This document shows positions 19,196 to 28,208 of a stretch of 64,000 bases of DNA, piece after piece. The notes under the pieces are model-generated. The model made no database searches. It was not told where the DNA came from and saw nothing but the letters and a program-made list of their open reading frames with translations. Source of the DNA: Pseudomonadota bacterium (GTDB lineage Bacteria; Campylobacterota; Campylobacteria; Campylobacterales; Sulfurimonadaceae); assembly GCA_043797085.1 (NCBI GenBank), contig JAZDQA010000013.1, forward strand, positions 64,001 to 128,000, in the 5' to 3' direction. The first letter of the stretch is position 1. Every line of letters begins with the position of its first letter. The position numbers were made by a program, and so were the translations under genes.

Positions 19196-20017
19196 ATGAA
19201 AAACAGTAAAGCATTTTTCTACTTCTTGTTATTGATTTCTCTTCCCATATATGCTGCAAATGATGCTGATCTTGATGGAGTGGATGACGCAATAGATAAG
19301 TGTCCTAATACCCCTTTTAGTGATCTCGCTGATGCGTATGGGTGTACAACCTCATCGCTTTACACCCAAACCTCTTACGATATCATCATGGGACTTAACC
19401 TCTCTAGCATAAATGCAAACACCCTGGAAAATACGAAAACTTACAACACTACTATACAAGCGGATATCTACCATGGCAATTTTTCAGCTCAATTGCTTGC
19501 TTCTTATTTCAAATCAAAAGACAGCACTTACAGCGATAAAGGATGGAATGACACCCAGGTAAACCTCTTTTATCTTTTTAACCCAACCAAAGAATTGATG
19601 ATTCAAACGGGGATAGGTGTTAGTTTATCTACCTATTCTACACTTTACAACAATGAAGCAGCCGATTATATGGCTTCCCTTTCTCTTCAATACTCACTTG
19701 ATAAAAACATTAATCTCTTTGGCGGCTATAGCTATACAATGGTGAATGATGACGATGTTGGTAATCTTCTAAACTACCAAAATACCAATGCATTTTACGC
19801 CGGAATCCGGTATCTGGACAATAAGAATAAATCACTCAGTGCATCTTATACAAATACCCAAAGCATCTATTCAAGCGTTGATCCCATTGAAACACTTTCA
19901 TTTGGAGTCATGATTCCTCTCGACTTGCATTGGTTTGTTTTGGGAGATTATCGGTACGGACTAAGCGCCAGCGCCAGCGATCACGAAGCGGCATTGCGCA
20001 TAGGTTATACTTTTTAG
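19196..20017 (+). CDS. Outer-membrane beta-barrel protein with N-terminal thrombospondin type-3-like Ca-binding repeat
   Basis: Signal peptide; DADLDGVDDAIDKCPNTP..GC; alternating aromatic beta strands; C-terminal LRIGYTF BAM signal. Confidence 0.7.
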   Translation: MKNSKAFFYFLLLISLPIYAANDADLDGVDDAIDKCPNTPFSDLADAYGCTTSSLYTQTSYDIIMGLNLSSINANTLENTKTYNTTIQADIYHGNFSAQLLASYFKSKDSTYSDKGWNDTQVNLFYLFNPTKELMIQTGIGVSLSTYSTLYNNEAADYMASLSLQYSLDKNINLFGGYSYTMVNDDDVGNLLNYQNTNAFYAGIRYLDNKNKSLSASYTNTQSIYSSVDPIETLSFGVMIPLDLHWFVLGDYRYGLSASASDHEAALRIGYTF

Positions 20018-20031
20018 GGTAAACTATCATT

Positions 20032-20700
20032 ATGACAAAAGCCAAACTCCTCCTTCTCGAAGACGACCCAAATCTCTCTGAAAGTGTGAGCGAATATTTA
20101 AATGAACAGGGGTACGATGTCGTTTGCGTCTATGATGCCTCCTGCGCTGAGGATATCTTGTATGAACAAAAATTCGATCTTCTCCTTTTGGATGTCAATG
20201 TTCCCAATGGGAATGGTTTTTCCCTGCTCAAAAACTCTCGTCATGAGGGCAATCATACCCCTGCCATTTTTCTCACCTCACGCAACGCTATGGACGATGT
20301 TGAAGAGGGATTTGCAAGTGGGGCAGATGATTATCTGCGCAAACCTTTTGCACTTAAAGAGCTGTTATTACGCATCCAAACCATTTTAAAACGCAGTTTT
20401 TATCATCCTATCAGTGAATCCATCGATTTAGGGGAAGGTATCACTTATGATACGCACAATCAAGTGTTAAAAATAAATGGCGTGGAACAAAATCTTCAAC
20501 TCAAAGAGCACAAACTTCTTAAACTCTTTTTACAGCATAAAGGAGAGCTTCTGATTCACGAAGTAATCATGGAACACCTATGGGATTTTGATGAGACCCC
20601 AAGTGACGGAAGCCTACGTACCTACATCAAAACCCTTCGTAAATTATTAGGAGGTGAGCGTATTGTCAGCCACAAACGCCTCGGGTATCAGTTCCGCTAA
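20032..20700 (+). CDS. OmpR-family response regulator
   Basis: LLLEDD, LDVNVP, GADDYLRKPF, LRTYIKTLRK, GYQF. Confidence 0.92.
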   Translation: MTKAKLLLLEDDPNLSESVSEYLNEQGYDVVCVYDASCAEDILYEQKFDLLLLDVNVPNGNGFSLLKNSRHEGNHTPAIFLTSRNAMDDVEEGFASGADDYLRKPFALKELLLRIQTILKRSFYHPISESIDLGEGITYDTHNQVLKINGVEQNLQLKEHKLLKLFLQHKGELLIHEVIMEHLWDFDETPSDGSLRTYIKTLRKLLGGERIVSHKRLGYQFR

Positions 20701-21856
20701 ATACCGTACACTAAAACGCTTTTTAGCACTGTATGGAGTGATGAGCATCTTGATCTTAGCCCTTATCGGTACACTCTATTACCAGTTTCAACGCTCTCAA
20801 ATGCTCTCATCTCACCGCCTCGCAATGCAGCTTCAAAGCGAAACCTATATGCCAAAAGTGAAAAAATGGCTTGAAAATGGGCATGATTTAAAAACTTTTC
20901 CTAGTGATTTAGCGTATAAAACGGCATTATATGGCTACGATAAAGACCTTCTCGTTGGAAATACACTCAAGCGTTCCATAGATTTTAATGAAAATATCTA
21001 TCTTGATTCACGATACATTCACCTCGTTTTGCCCCTCGCACCCTATGGCTTGGGAGAATACTATCTCGTCTTTGAAACGCCGGATGATGAACTGTGGAAA
21101 ACTCAAACCATACAATATTTTCTCATTTTCGGCTCACTTCTTTTTCTGATTCTTGCTCTCATTGGCTTTGGACTTTCACGCCTTCTTTTACGCCCCATGA
21201 ACGAAGCTATCGCATTACTCGATGATTTTATCAAAGACACTACCCATGAGCTCAATACTCCCGTCAGTGCCATCCTCACCAACATCGAAACGCTCAAAGA
21301 AGAAGCTCTTTCCCCATCCGTGCTCAAAAAACTAAACCGCATCGAAATCGCCTCGCGCACCATCTCCACCCTCTATGATGATCTCACCTACCTCATCCTC
21401 AATCATGATCTTGCAACACTCAACGTAACACTCAATATGAGCGATTTACTGCATGAACGCCTTGAATATTTTCGTCATCGAATCGAGCAAAAGAAGATTC
21501 ATCTTGATTTGCATATCTCTCCCGATATTCTCATCATAATCGATCAAACCAAAGCCATTCGCGTCATCGACAATCTCCTCTCTAATGCGATCAAATACAA
21601 CCGCATGGGAGGAAAAATCACCATACATCTGGATGAATACCAACTATGTATCGAAGATAACGGCATTGGAATTTCTCAAGATATGATAGAGCGTGTATTT
21701 GAACGCTACACCCGCGCCGATAAAAGCGTGGGTGGATTCGGGATAGGATTGCACATTGTTGCCATGATCGCCAAAGAGTATGATTTTGATATTACTATTG
21801 AATCGGAAGAGAAGATGGGGACCAAAATTTGTGTGAGATGGGAATATTCCCACTAA
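20654..21856 (+). CDS. Sensor histidine kinase (start uncertain, overlaps regulator)
   Basis: Two TM segments; DTTHELNTP; NLLSNAIKYN; DNGIGI; GGFGIGL. Confidence 0.9.
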   Translation: MSVLSATNASGISSAKYRTLKRFLALYGVMSILILALIGTLYYQFQRSQMLSSHRLAMQLQSETYMPKVKKWLENGHDLKTFPSDLAYKTALYGYDKDLLVGNTLKRSIDFNENIYLDSRYIHLVLPLAPYGLGEYYLVFETPDDELWKTQTIQYFLIFGSLLFLILALIGFGLSRLLLRPMNEAIALLDDFIKDTTHELNTPVSAILTNIETLKEEALSPSVLKKLNRIEIASRTISTLYDDLTYLILNHDLATLNVTLNMSDLLHERLEYFRHRIEQKKIHLDLHISPDILIIIDQTKAIRVIDNLLSNAIKYNRMGGKITIHLDEYQLCIEDNGIGISQDMIERVFERYTRADKSVGGFGIGLHIVAMIAKEYDFDITIESEEKMGTKICVRWEYSH

Positions 21857-21868
21857 AGTGGGAATGAC
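21846..21868. repeat. ATTCCC-N8-GGGAAT palindrome (REP-like or terminator)
   Basis: ATTCCC-ACTAAAGT-GGGAAT-GAC between convergent genes. Confidence 0.6.
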
Positions 21869-21878
21869 GAGAAGAAAA

Positions 21879-22175
21879 TTACTTTTTCAACGTTGCAATG
21901 TACTCTGAAAGAACTTTCATATCCGCATCACTGAGTGCTGCCATTTGCCCTTTCATCAGCGCACCCATACCTTTGGTATTACGCGTTCCAGCTTTATAGC
22001 CTTTAAGTGCGTCAAGAGTTTTATCGCTTTTCCATCCAGCAATTATTTCAGATTTTCCAAGAGCTGCTTTTTCACCTTTTTGACCGTGACATGCGGCACA
22101 TTTTTGAAACACTGCAGAACCGTCCGCAGCGTTTAACATAAGAGTAAGACCTAATAGTGCAAATAATGTTTTCAT
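21879..22175 (-). CDS. Cytochrome c553 (monohaem class I)
   Basis: Signal peptide, CAACHG, GMGALMKGQM axial-Met region. Confidence 0.9.
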   Translation of the reverse strand: MKTLFALLGLTLMLNAADGSAVFQKCAACHGQKGEKAALGKSEIIAGWKSDKTLDALKGYKAGTRNTKGMGALMKGQMAALSDADMKVLSEYIATLKK

Positions 22176-22200
22176 AATTGAATCCTTTTTATTATTTTAT

Positions 22201-22299
22201 ACGCCGAAGGAACAAAGTCCCTTTCGGCTACGCTAACGCTTAGTTTTACCCACAAGGGGCACAATGCCTTCGGCAGGAAGCCCAGCGCACATCTGTGCT
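22201..22299. repeat. GC-rich multi-hairpin intergenic element
   Basis: GCCGAAGGAAC-AAA-GTCCCTTTCGGC, CCCACAAGGGG, TGCC-TTC-GGCA and GCACA-TC-TGTGC hairpins in an AT-rich context. Confidence 0.55.
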
Positions 22300-22320
22300 T
22301 ATTTTTTCAATGTATTTTCA

Positions 22321-22650
22321 TTAACCGCAACTCGGCACATTTCCCGAATCACTGCCGTATTCTTTAGCAAAATCACCGACATCTTGCAATTTCTCTTTCA
22401 TGTCAGGATTAGTAAGTATCGGTAACGCTCTTGGGAATCTTTCTCCATACTCTTTGATAAATCCTTTTGCACCATCAGCAAAAAGTTCTTCCCATTCGGC
22501 TACGGTATGATCCGCCGCAAACTTCGTCCCATTCATCCCAAACGATGCTTTAAACGATTTTAGATAGGTTTTTTGACCTGTCTTAGCATCCGCATGCGCC
22601 ATTGACGCAACCAAAGCCATAGAGGCAACTAAAAGTAAAAACTTGTTCAT
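22321..22650 (-). CDS. Exported cytochrome-c-like protein (Campylobacterota SDSGNVPSC family) lacking CXXCH
   Basis: Signal peptide, DAKTGQKTYLK, HTVAEWEELF, EYGSDSGNVPSC; only one Cys. Confidence 0.6.
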   Translation of the reverse strand: MNKFLLLVASMALVASMAHADAKTGQKTYLKSFKASFGMNGTKFAADHTVAEWEELFADGAKGFIKEYGERFPRALPILTNPDMKEKLQDVGDFAKEYGSDSGNVPSCG

Positions 22651-22705
22651 TGATAACTCCTGTTTTTAAAAGAACCTCTTAAAGAGATTCTTTTTAGATA
22701 TCAGC

Positions 22706-22739
22706 AGTATAAAAAAAGATTGTGGAGGGATTGTGAAGA
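22706..22739 (-). promoter_or_regulatory. Putative promoter: TATACT -10 with upstream 11-bp tandem repeat
   Basis: Plus strand GATTGTGGAGG-GATTGTGAAGA (22718-22739) and AGTATA (22706-22711). Confidence 0.45.
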
Positions 22740-22742
22740 GGA

Positions 22743-22958
22743 TTAAAGGTTTTTAAATTTATCAATCAAAACAGAAATTTGTTTCTCTTGCTCATAAAGA
22801 GCAAAACTTTTTCGAACATAAGCATGAAGAAGTGTTTTGAGATCATTGTTCCCCTCAATGTGAAAATCTTCGCTCATTTGTTTGGTGAGGAACTTTGCAA
22901 AGTCCTCTTCAACGTCGATGTCATAACGTTTGGCATTGAGAGTGAGCGCAACGTTCAC
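22743..22958 (-). CDS. Small protein, ZapA-like
   Basis: N-terminal beta-beta (VALTLNAKRYDIDVE), helix and coiled-coil tail; downstream of a coiled-coil ORF. Confidence 0.45.
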   Translation of the reverse strand: MNVALTLNAKRYDIDVEEDFAKFLTKQMSEDFHIEGNNDLKTLLHAYVRKSFALYEQEKQISVLIDKFKNL

Positions 22959-22960
22959 AA

Positions 22961-23191
22961 TTATCCCAATAAGCTTTCGATTTTAGAAACGATGGCTTCG
23001 ATCTCAATATCTTTTTCAAGTAATTCGTTCTCAAGCTTAGCAAGCTCATCATCTTTACCCTTGAGACTTGCTTGAAGCATTGCGATTTCTTCTTGGAGAA
23101 CCTTAAGCTCATCATTTTCAGCCGCGTGTTTTTCAATCAATTGAGTTGTAAGAGCAGTAAGACGTTCTATCGGAGTGGGATTAAAAAGCAT
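22961..23191 (-). CDS. Small coiled-coil protein, ZapB-like
   Basis: 76 aa continuous heptad pattern; AAGG RBS; TATAAT-like context upstream. Confidence 0.5.
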   Translation of the reverse strand: MLFNPTPIERLTALTTQLIEKHAAENDELKVLQEEIAMLQASLKGKDDELAKLENELLEKDIEIEAIVSKIESLLG

Positions 23192-23256
23192 GATTAACCT
23201 TGCGTATGGATGTGTTGACTATAATTCTATCATATTTTACACTAGGTTAACACTCT

Positions 23257-23288
23257 TTGCCAATTTTTAAAGTCTATACCTTGTATCA
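23257..23288 (+). repeat. Degenerate copy of the first 32 nt of uvrB
   Basis: TTGCCAATTTTTAAAGTCTATACCTTGTATCA vs 23689-23720 TTGCCAATATTTAAAGTCCATACCCCGTATCA, 28/32 identical. Confidence 0.8.
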
Positions 23289-23401
23289 TATTTGGCGAAT
23301 TCGCGCAGTTGAGAAAACTATTGATTGAGCCTTTTTAAGTATAAGTCGTATACTATGTGTGAACGATTATGTGATTAACAAATCCAACGAAAGGGGATAT
23401 T

Positions 23402-23497
23402 ATGGCAAAAGGTCAAGATTCAAAAAAAGCAGTTAAAAAAGCACCGACAAAAACATTAAAAGAAAAACGCAACGACAAAAATTCGAAAAAAAGTTAG
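23402..23497 (+). CDS. Small Lys-rich protein (31 aa), below the ORF-track cutoff
   Basis: MAKGQDSKKAVKKAPTKTLKEKRNDKNSKKS*; AAGGGG RBS; TATACT upstream; hairpin downstream. Confidence 0.7.
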   Translation: MAKGQDSKKAVKKAPTKTLKEKRNDKNSKKS

Positions 23498-23512
23498 ATA
23501 TTAGGTATCATT

Positions 23513-23542
23513 AAAAAACGATGATTCAGCCTCTCGTTTTTT
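23513..23542 (+). terminator. Hairpin after the small ORF
   Basis: AAAAAACGA-TGATTCAGCCTC-TCGTTTTTT. Confidence 0.45.
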
Positions 23543-23688
23543 CATTACCAAATAAAACACCTTTTCCTCAAAAACTTCATCTAAAAACTCACCTTAATCA
23601 AGCAGCCTATAGGCAGTCATCCTCCTTAGAAAACAGCATTTGCGCTATAATTCGACCACTATAAACCAAATTAATTCAGGGTAGTATT

Positions 23689-25662
23689 TTGCCAATATTT
23701 AAAGTCCATACCCCGTATCAAGCTGCCGGTGATCAGCCTGTTGCTATTGAAGCACTAAGCTCCAGTATTAAAGATGGTCAACGCTATGTCACACTAGAAG
23801 GTGTAACAGGTAGCGGTAAAACGTATACTATGGCGAAGGTTATCGAGAGCGTTCAGCTGCCGACCATCATCATGACGCATAACAAAACTCTTGCAGCACA
23901 ACTGTACAGTGAATTCCGCAGTTTCTTTCCGGATAATCATGTTGAGTATTTTGTATCGTATTATGATTACTATCAGCCGGAAGCGTACATCCCGCGTCAA
24001 GATTTGTTCATCGAAAAAGACAGCTCCATCAACGATGAACTGGAGCGTTTACGTCTCTCCGCTTCTGCCAATCTCCTCAGCTACGATGATGTTATCGTTG
24101 TGGCATCTGTCTCTGCCAACTACGGACTGGGTGATCCTGAAGAGTATGAGAAAATGGTGCAGATTGTTGCTGTTGGGGATGAGATCAATCAGAAAAAACT
24201 TTTGCTTCGTCTTGTTGAGATGGGATACTCTCGTAATGATGCGTATTTCGATGGCGGAGATTTCAGGGTTAATGGAGAAGTGATCGATATCTATCCCCCG
24301 TATTGGCAGGATCAGGCGGTGCGTATCGAATTTTTCGGGGATGAAGTGGAGCAGATACGTTTTTTTGAACCTCTGAGCAATACGATGACCGAGAAACAAG
24401 AGACCGTCACTATCTTTGCGACCAGCCAGTTTGCTGTTGGAGCTGAGAAACTCTCACGTGCCATCAAACGTATCGAAGATGAGCTGGGAGAACGTCTTCA
24501 AGAGCTTGAAGCTCAAGGCAAAATTGTCGAGGCGCAACGGCTTCGTCAACGATGTGAGTTTGATCTGGAAATGTTGCAAGCTACTGGGATGTGTAAGGGG
24601 ATCGAAAACTATTCACGTCTTTTAACCGATAAAAAAGCAGGAGAAGCACCGTATACCTTGCTGGATTATTTCACACTTCATCATGATAAGTTTCTCATCA
24701 TTGTTGACGAATCACACGTGAGTTTGCCTCAGTTTCGGGGGATGTTTGCTGCGGATAGAAGTCGAAAAGAGGTTCTCGTCGATTATGGATTCCGTCTTCC
24801 AAGCGCACTGGATAACCGTCCCCTTATGATCGGAGAGTACCTCGATAAATCTCCTCACTATCTTTTCGTTTCTGCAACACCATCAGCTCAAGAATTGGAA
24901 TTAAGTTCCACAGTAGCGCATCAAATCATCCGACCGACAGGATTACTTGATCCCCCCATCACCATCAAACCATCTACCAACCAAGTCGAAGACTTACACG
25001 ATGAGATCAAAAAAACGGTTGCCCTTGGGGATCGTGTTCTTGTAACCGTATTGACCAAAAAAATGGCAGAAGCTCTCGCTAAATATCTGGCTGATTTGGG
25101 AATCAAAGTCCAATACATGCACTCAGAGATTGATACCATCGAGCGCAATCAGATTATTCGCGGTCTTCGTGTGGGGGATTTTGATGTCCTTATCGGAATC
25201 AATCTTCTTCGGGAGGGATTGGATTTGCCGGAGGTCAGTTTGGTCGCGATTTTAGATGCGGATAAAGAGGGTTTTTTACGTTCAGAAACGGCTCTTATCC
25301 AAACCATCGGACGTGCTGCACGTAATGAGCACGGCCGTGTTATTCTGTACGCTCAAAGAATCACCGGCTCCATGGAACGTGCCATCAAAAAAACCAATGA
25401 CCGACGCGCAATCCAAGAAGCCCATAATATCCTTCATGGAATCGTCCCAACTACTACTATGCGCTCACTGGATGAAAATCTCAAACTCGAAGATGTGGGT
25501 GATTTATACAACCGTTCCAAAAAAGCCAAAACGCTTCCTGCAGCGGAACGAAAGAAACTCATTGATGAACTCAGTCTCAAAATGAAAGAAGCAGCAAAAA
25601 AACTCGAATTCGAAGAAGCGGCACGTCTGCGCGATGAAATTGCAAAAATAAGGAAATTATAA
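23689..25662 (+). CDS. uvrB: Excinuclease ABC subunit B
   Basis: [46 protein letters not shown]-terminal FEEAARLRD. Confidence 0.98.
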   Translation: MPIFKVHTPYQAAGDQPVAIEALSSSIKDGQRYVTLEGVTGSGKTYTMAKVIESVQLPTIIMTHNKTLAAQLYSEFRSFFPDNHVEYFVSYYDYYQPEAYIPRQDLFIEKDSSINDELERLRLSASANLLSYDDVIVVASVSANYGLGDPEEYEKMVQIVAVGDEINQKKLLLRLVEMGYSRNDAYFDGGDFRVNGEVIDIYPPYWQDQAVRIEFFGDEVEQIRFFEPLSNTMTEKQETVTIFATSQFAVGAEKLSRAIKRIEDELGERLQELEAQGKIVEAQRLRQRCEFDLEMLQATGMCKGIENYSRLLTDKKAGEAPYTLLDYFTLHHDKFLIIVDESHVSLPQFRGMFAADRSRKEVLVDYGFRLPSALDNRPLMIGEYLDKSPHYLFVSATPSAQELELSSTVAHQIIRPTGLLDPPITIKPSTNQVEDLHDEIKKTVALGDRVLVTVLTKKMAEALAKYLADLGIKVQYMHSEIDTIERNQIIRGLRVGDFDVLIGINLLREGLDLPEVSLVAILDADKEGFLRSETALIQTIGRAARNEHGRVILYAQRITGSMERAIKKTNDRRAIQEAHNILHGIVPTTTMRSLDENLKLEDVGDLYNRSKKAKTLPAAERKKLIDELSLKMKEAAKKLEFEEAARLRDEIAKIRKL

Positions 25663-25665
25663 ATC

Positions 25666-26226
25666 ATGGATGACATGCTCAACAACCTCTCAACGTACGG
25701 CTATGCTATTTTATTTTTATACTCATTAGGCGGTGGTTTTCTCGCTCTCTTAGGTGCAGGGGTACTGAGTTTCATGGGTAAAATGGACATTACCCTCTCC
25801 ATTACCATCGCATTTATCGCCAATTTTATCGGTGATGGATTGCTTTTTTACATGGCGCGTTATCATAAACGGGAGATGATGGAATATCTAAGCAAACACA
25901 AACGAAAACTTGCTTTTTCACATCTCCTCCTCAAACGTCGCGGCTCATGGATTATCGTTATCAAAAAGTTTATTTATGGTCTCAAAACACTGATTCCCCT
26001 TGCGATTGGTTTGAGTAAATACAGTTTTTTGAAATTCAGTCTCTACAATGCAATCGGAGCTTTTATCTGGGCTGTAGTCGTTGGGGGATTAAGTTATCTT
26101 TTTGGAGGAGCACTCATCGAGGGGTATAAAATGGTTTCTGATAAACCGTATTTAGCCCCTGTCATGCTGCTTCTTGTTGGTGGAAGCTTGTGGTTTTACC
26201 TAACTCAAGCAACGAAGAGAAAGTAA
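25666..26226 (+). CDS. DedA-family membrane protein
   Basis: Hydrophobic; NFIGDGLLFY..R; KFIYGLKT re-entrant motif. Confidence 0.8.
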   Translation: MDDMLNNLSTYGYAILFLYSLGGGFLALLGAGVLSFMGKMDITLSITIAFIANFIGDGLLFYMARYHKREMMEYLSKHKRKLAFSHLLLKRRGSWIIVIKKFIYGLKTLIPLAIGLSKYSFLKFSLYNAIGAFIWAVVVGGLSYLFGGALIEGYKMVSDKPYLAPVMLLLVGGSLWFYLTQATKRK

Positions 26227-26227
26227 G

Positions 26228-28195
26228 TTAAAAAACCAGTTTTTCTTCTGTTGTCGGGGCCTGATCGTCTTCTACACCAGGTGTTTGTGATACATCGGTA
26301 AAGTTTTCCGTCTCATTGCCGTCTGTGCTTTTATTTTCCGTATAGACGCCTGCGGGACGATCAAAATAGCGCTTAGTATTGGGATAGATACGGAACATAT
26401 CCTCGTAATAATAACGAAATACCTGCCCTGCCGCTCGTCCACCGGTTTCACTGCGTCGCATCGGGGTATTGTTATCATGCCCATACCAAACAACCGTCTC
26501 TACCGTAGGTGAATAACCGATAAACCATGCATCGACATTTTTATTGGTCGTTCCTGTTTTTCCGGCGATTTCGACTCCTCCTACACGCGCTGCCGTACCG
26601 GTTCCAAATGAAACAACATCTTGTAAAATCGATGTCATTAGGTAGGTTTGTTCTCGCGTATTGACTTGACGCCGTTTATTTTCATATCGGAACGTTTCTC
26701 CTTTAGGAGTAATGACGTGACGAATTAATATAGGGTTGGTCTGAACTCCGCCACTTGCAAACATCGTATAATATTTTGCTAAATCATGCGGTGAAATTGC
26801 AATTGTCCCTAAAGCAATCGAAAGATCAGGGGGGAAATTTTCAACAATCCCATAGCGATGCAGTCCCTCTACTACTTTTCCAAAACCCATATCGCTCACC
26901 ATATTAATGGTTGCAAGGTTACGTGAATAGGTGAGCGCATTGCGGATAGTGACCATCCCTTTGTACTCATTTTTATAGTTTTTTGGTTTCCACTCTTTCT
27001 CTTCCCCGTCATCCCCTTTATAGGTATACGTACGGGCAATATCTGGAACAAGGGTTGCCGGAGTCATTCCGCTATCAAGTGCAACTTGGTAAATAAACGG
27101 TTTGAATGCAGAACCCGGTTGACGCTTGGCTTGGGTAACACGATTATAAGAACTAACGGAGTAATCATATCCGCCAACCATTGCCAAAACTTCCCCCGTA
27201 TTAGGGTCCATGCTCATCAATGCCCCATTAAGCTGAGTTTGCATATTTTCATCCAGCTCACCCGCTTCTTCGGCACGTTTCAAAATCTCATTTCGTCCGG
27301 ATTGGAGTGCTTTATAACCCGCTTCTTGAAGTCTCATATCGATGGTGGTGTAAATCTTGTATCCGCCGCTGCGAATATCGGGAAACGCATCACCAAGCTG
27401 TCGCATAACCTCATCAATAACATATGGACCTGAATTTTTACTCAACGTATCATTGAATACTTTTGGTCGCTCTTGCGTCGCTTTATCGTACGTATCTTGA
27501 TCAATCCATCCAAGCGTTAACATTCGCTCGATTATACGGTTGGCACGCCCAAGATTTAGCTCATAGTTTTTCGTCGGTGCATAAAAGTTCGGTCCTTTTG
27601 GAAGGGCAACCAGCATTGCCATCTCTTTAAGGGTCAGCTCTTTAAGCTGTTTATGAAAATACCCATCGGACGCCGTTTTAATACCATAATAACCGTGACC
27701 CAAATAAATTTCATTAAGATAACGCTCCATAATTTGCTCTTTACTGAGCTCTTGTTCGATACGAATGGCGTACAATACCTCTTTAAACTTACGGGTAAAA
27801 TTCTTATCGCGCGTCAAAAGGGCATTTTTAACGAGCTGCTGCGTGATCGTACTTGCTCCCTCTTTGAGCTTTCCTGCCGATACGTCTTTGACAATAGCGC
27901 GCATAATTGCATCCGGATTAACCCCATGATGTTCAAAAAAATCGGTATCTTCGATCGCCACCAATGCTTCGATAAGTTGAGTAGGAATGTTTTCAAAAGA
28001 GACATAATAGCGGTGTTCATCGCTAAATAAATTGGCAATTTTTTCACCGTTTCGATCATATACTTCGGTCGTTAGGCGAGGCTTATAATTGATAAGCTTT
28101 TGGGTTTCGTACTCAAAATTGTAAATTATGTATCCCAAATAGCCTACTGGAATCATAATAAGAATTCCCAGTGTAATCCATAAATTTTTATTCAT
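26228..28195 (-). CDS. mrcA: Class A penicillin-binding protein 1A
   Basis: EDTDFFEHHG, GASTITQQL, RKFKE transglycosylase motifs; SAFK, SRN, KTGT transpeptidase motifs. Confidence 0.9.
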   Translation of the reverse strand: MNKNLWITLGILIMIPVGYLGYIIYNFEYETQKLINYKPRLTTEVYDRNGEKIANLFSDEHRYYVSFENIPTQLIEALVAIEDTDFFEHHGVNPDAIMRAIVKDVSAGKLKEGASTITQQLVKNALLTRDKNFTRKFKEVLYAIRIEQELSKEQIMERYLNEIYLGHGYYGIKTASDGYFHKQLKELTLKEMAMLVALPKGPNFYAPTKNYELNLGRANRIIERMLTLGWIDQDTYDKATQERPKVFNDTLSKNSGPYVIDEVMRQLGDAFPDIRSGGYKIYTTIDMRLQEAGYKALQSGRNEILKRAEEAGELDENMQTQLNGALMSMDPNTGEVLAMVGGYDYSVSSYNRVTQAKRQPGSAFKPFIYQVALDSGMTPATLVPDIARTYTYKGDDGEEKEWKPKNYKNEYKGMVTIRNALTYSRNLATINMVSDMGFGKVVEGLHRYGIVENFPPDLSIALGTIAISPHDLAKYYTMFASGGVQTNPILIRHVITPKGETFRYENKRRQVNTREQTYLMTSILQDVVSFGTGTAARVGGVEIAGKTGTTNKNVDAWFIGYSPTVETVVWYGHDNNTPMRRSETGGRAAGQVFRYYYEDMFRIYPNTKRYFDRPAGVYTENKSTDGNETENFTDVSQTPGVEDDQAPTTEEKLVF

Positions 28196-28208
28196 TCTCT
28201 GTCCTGTG

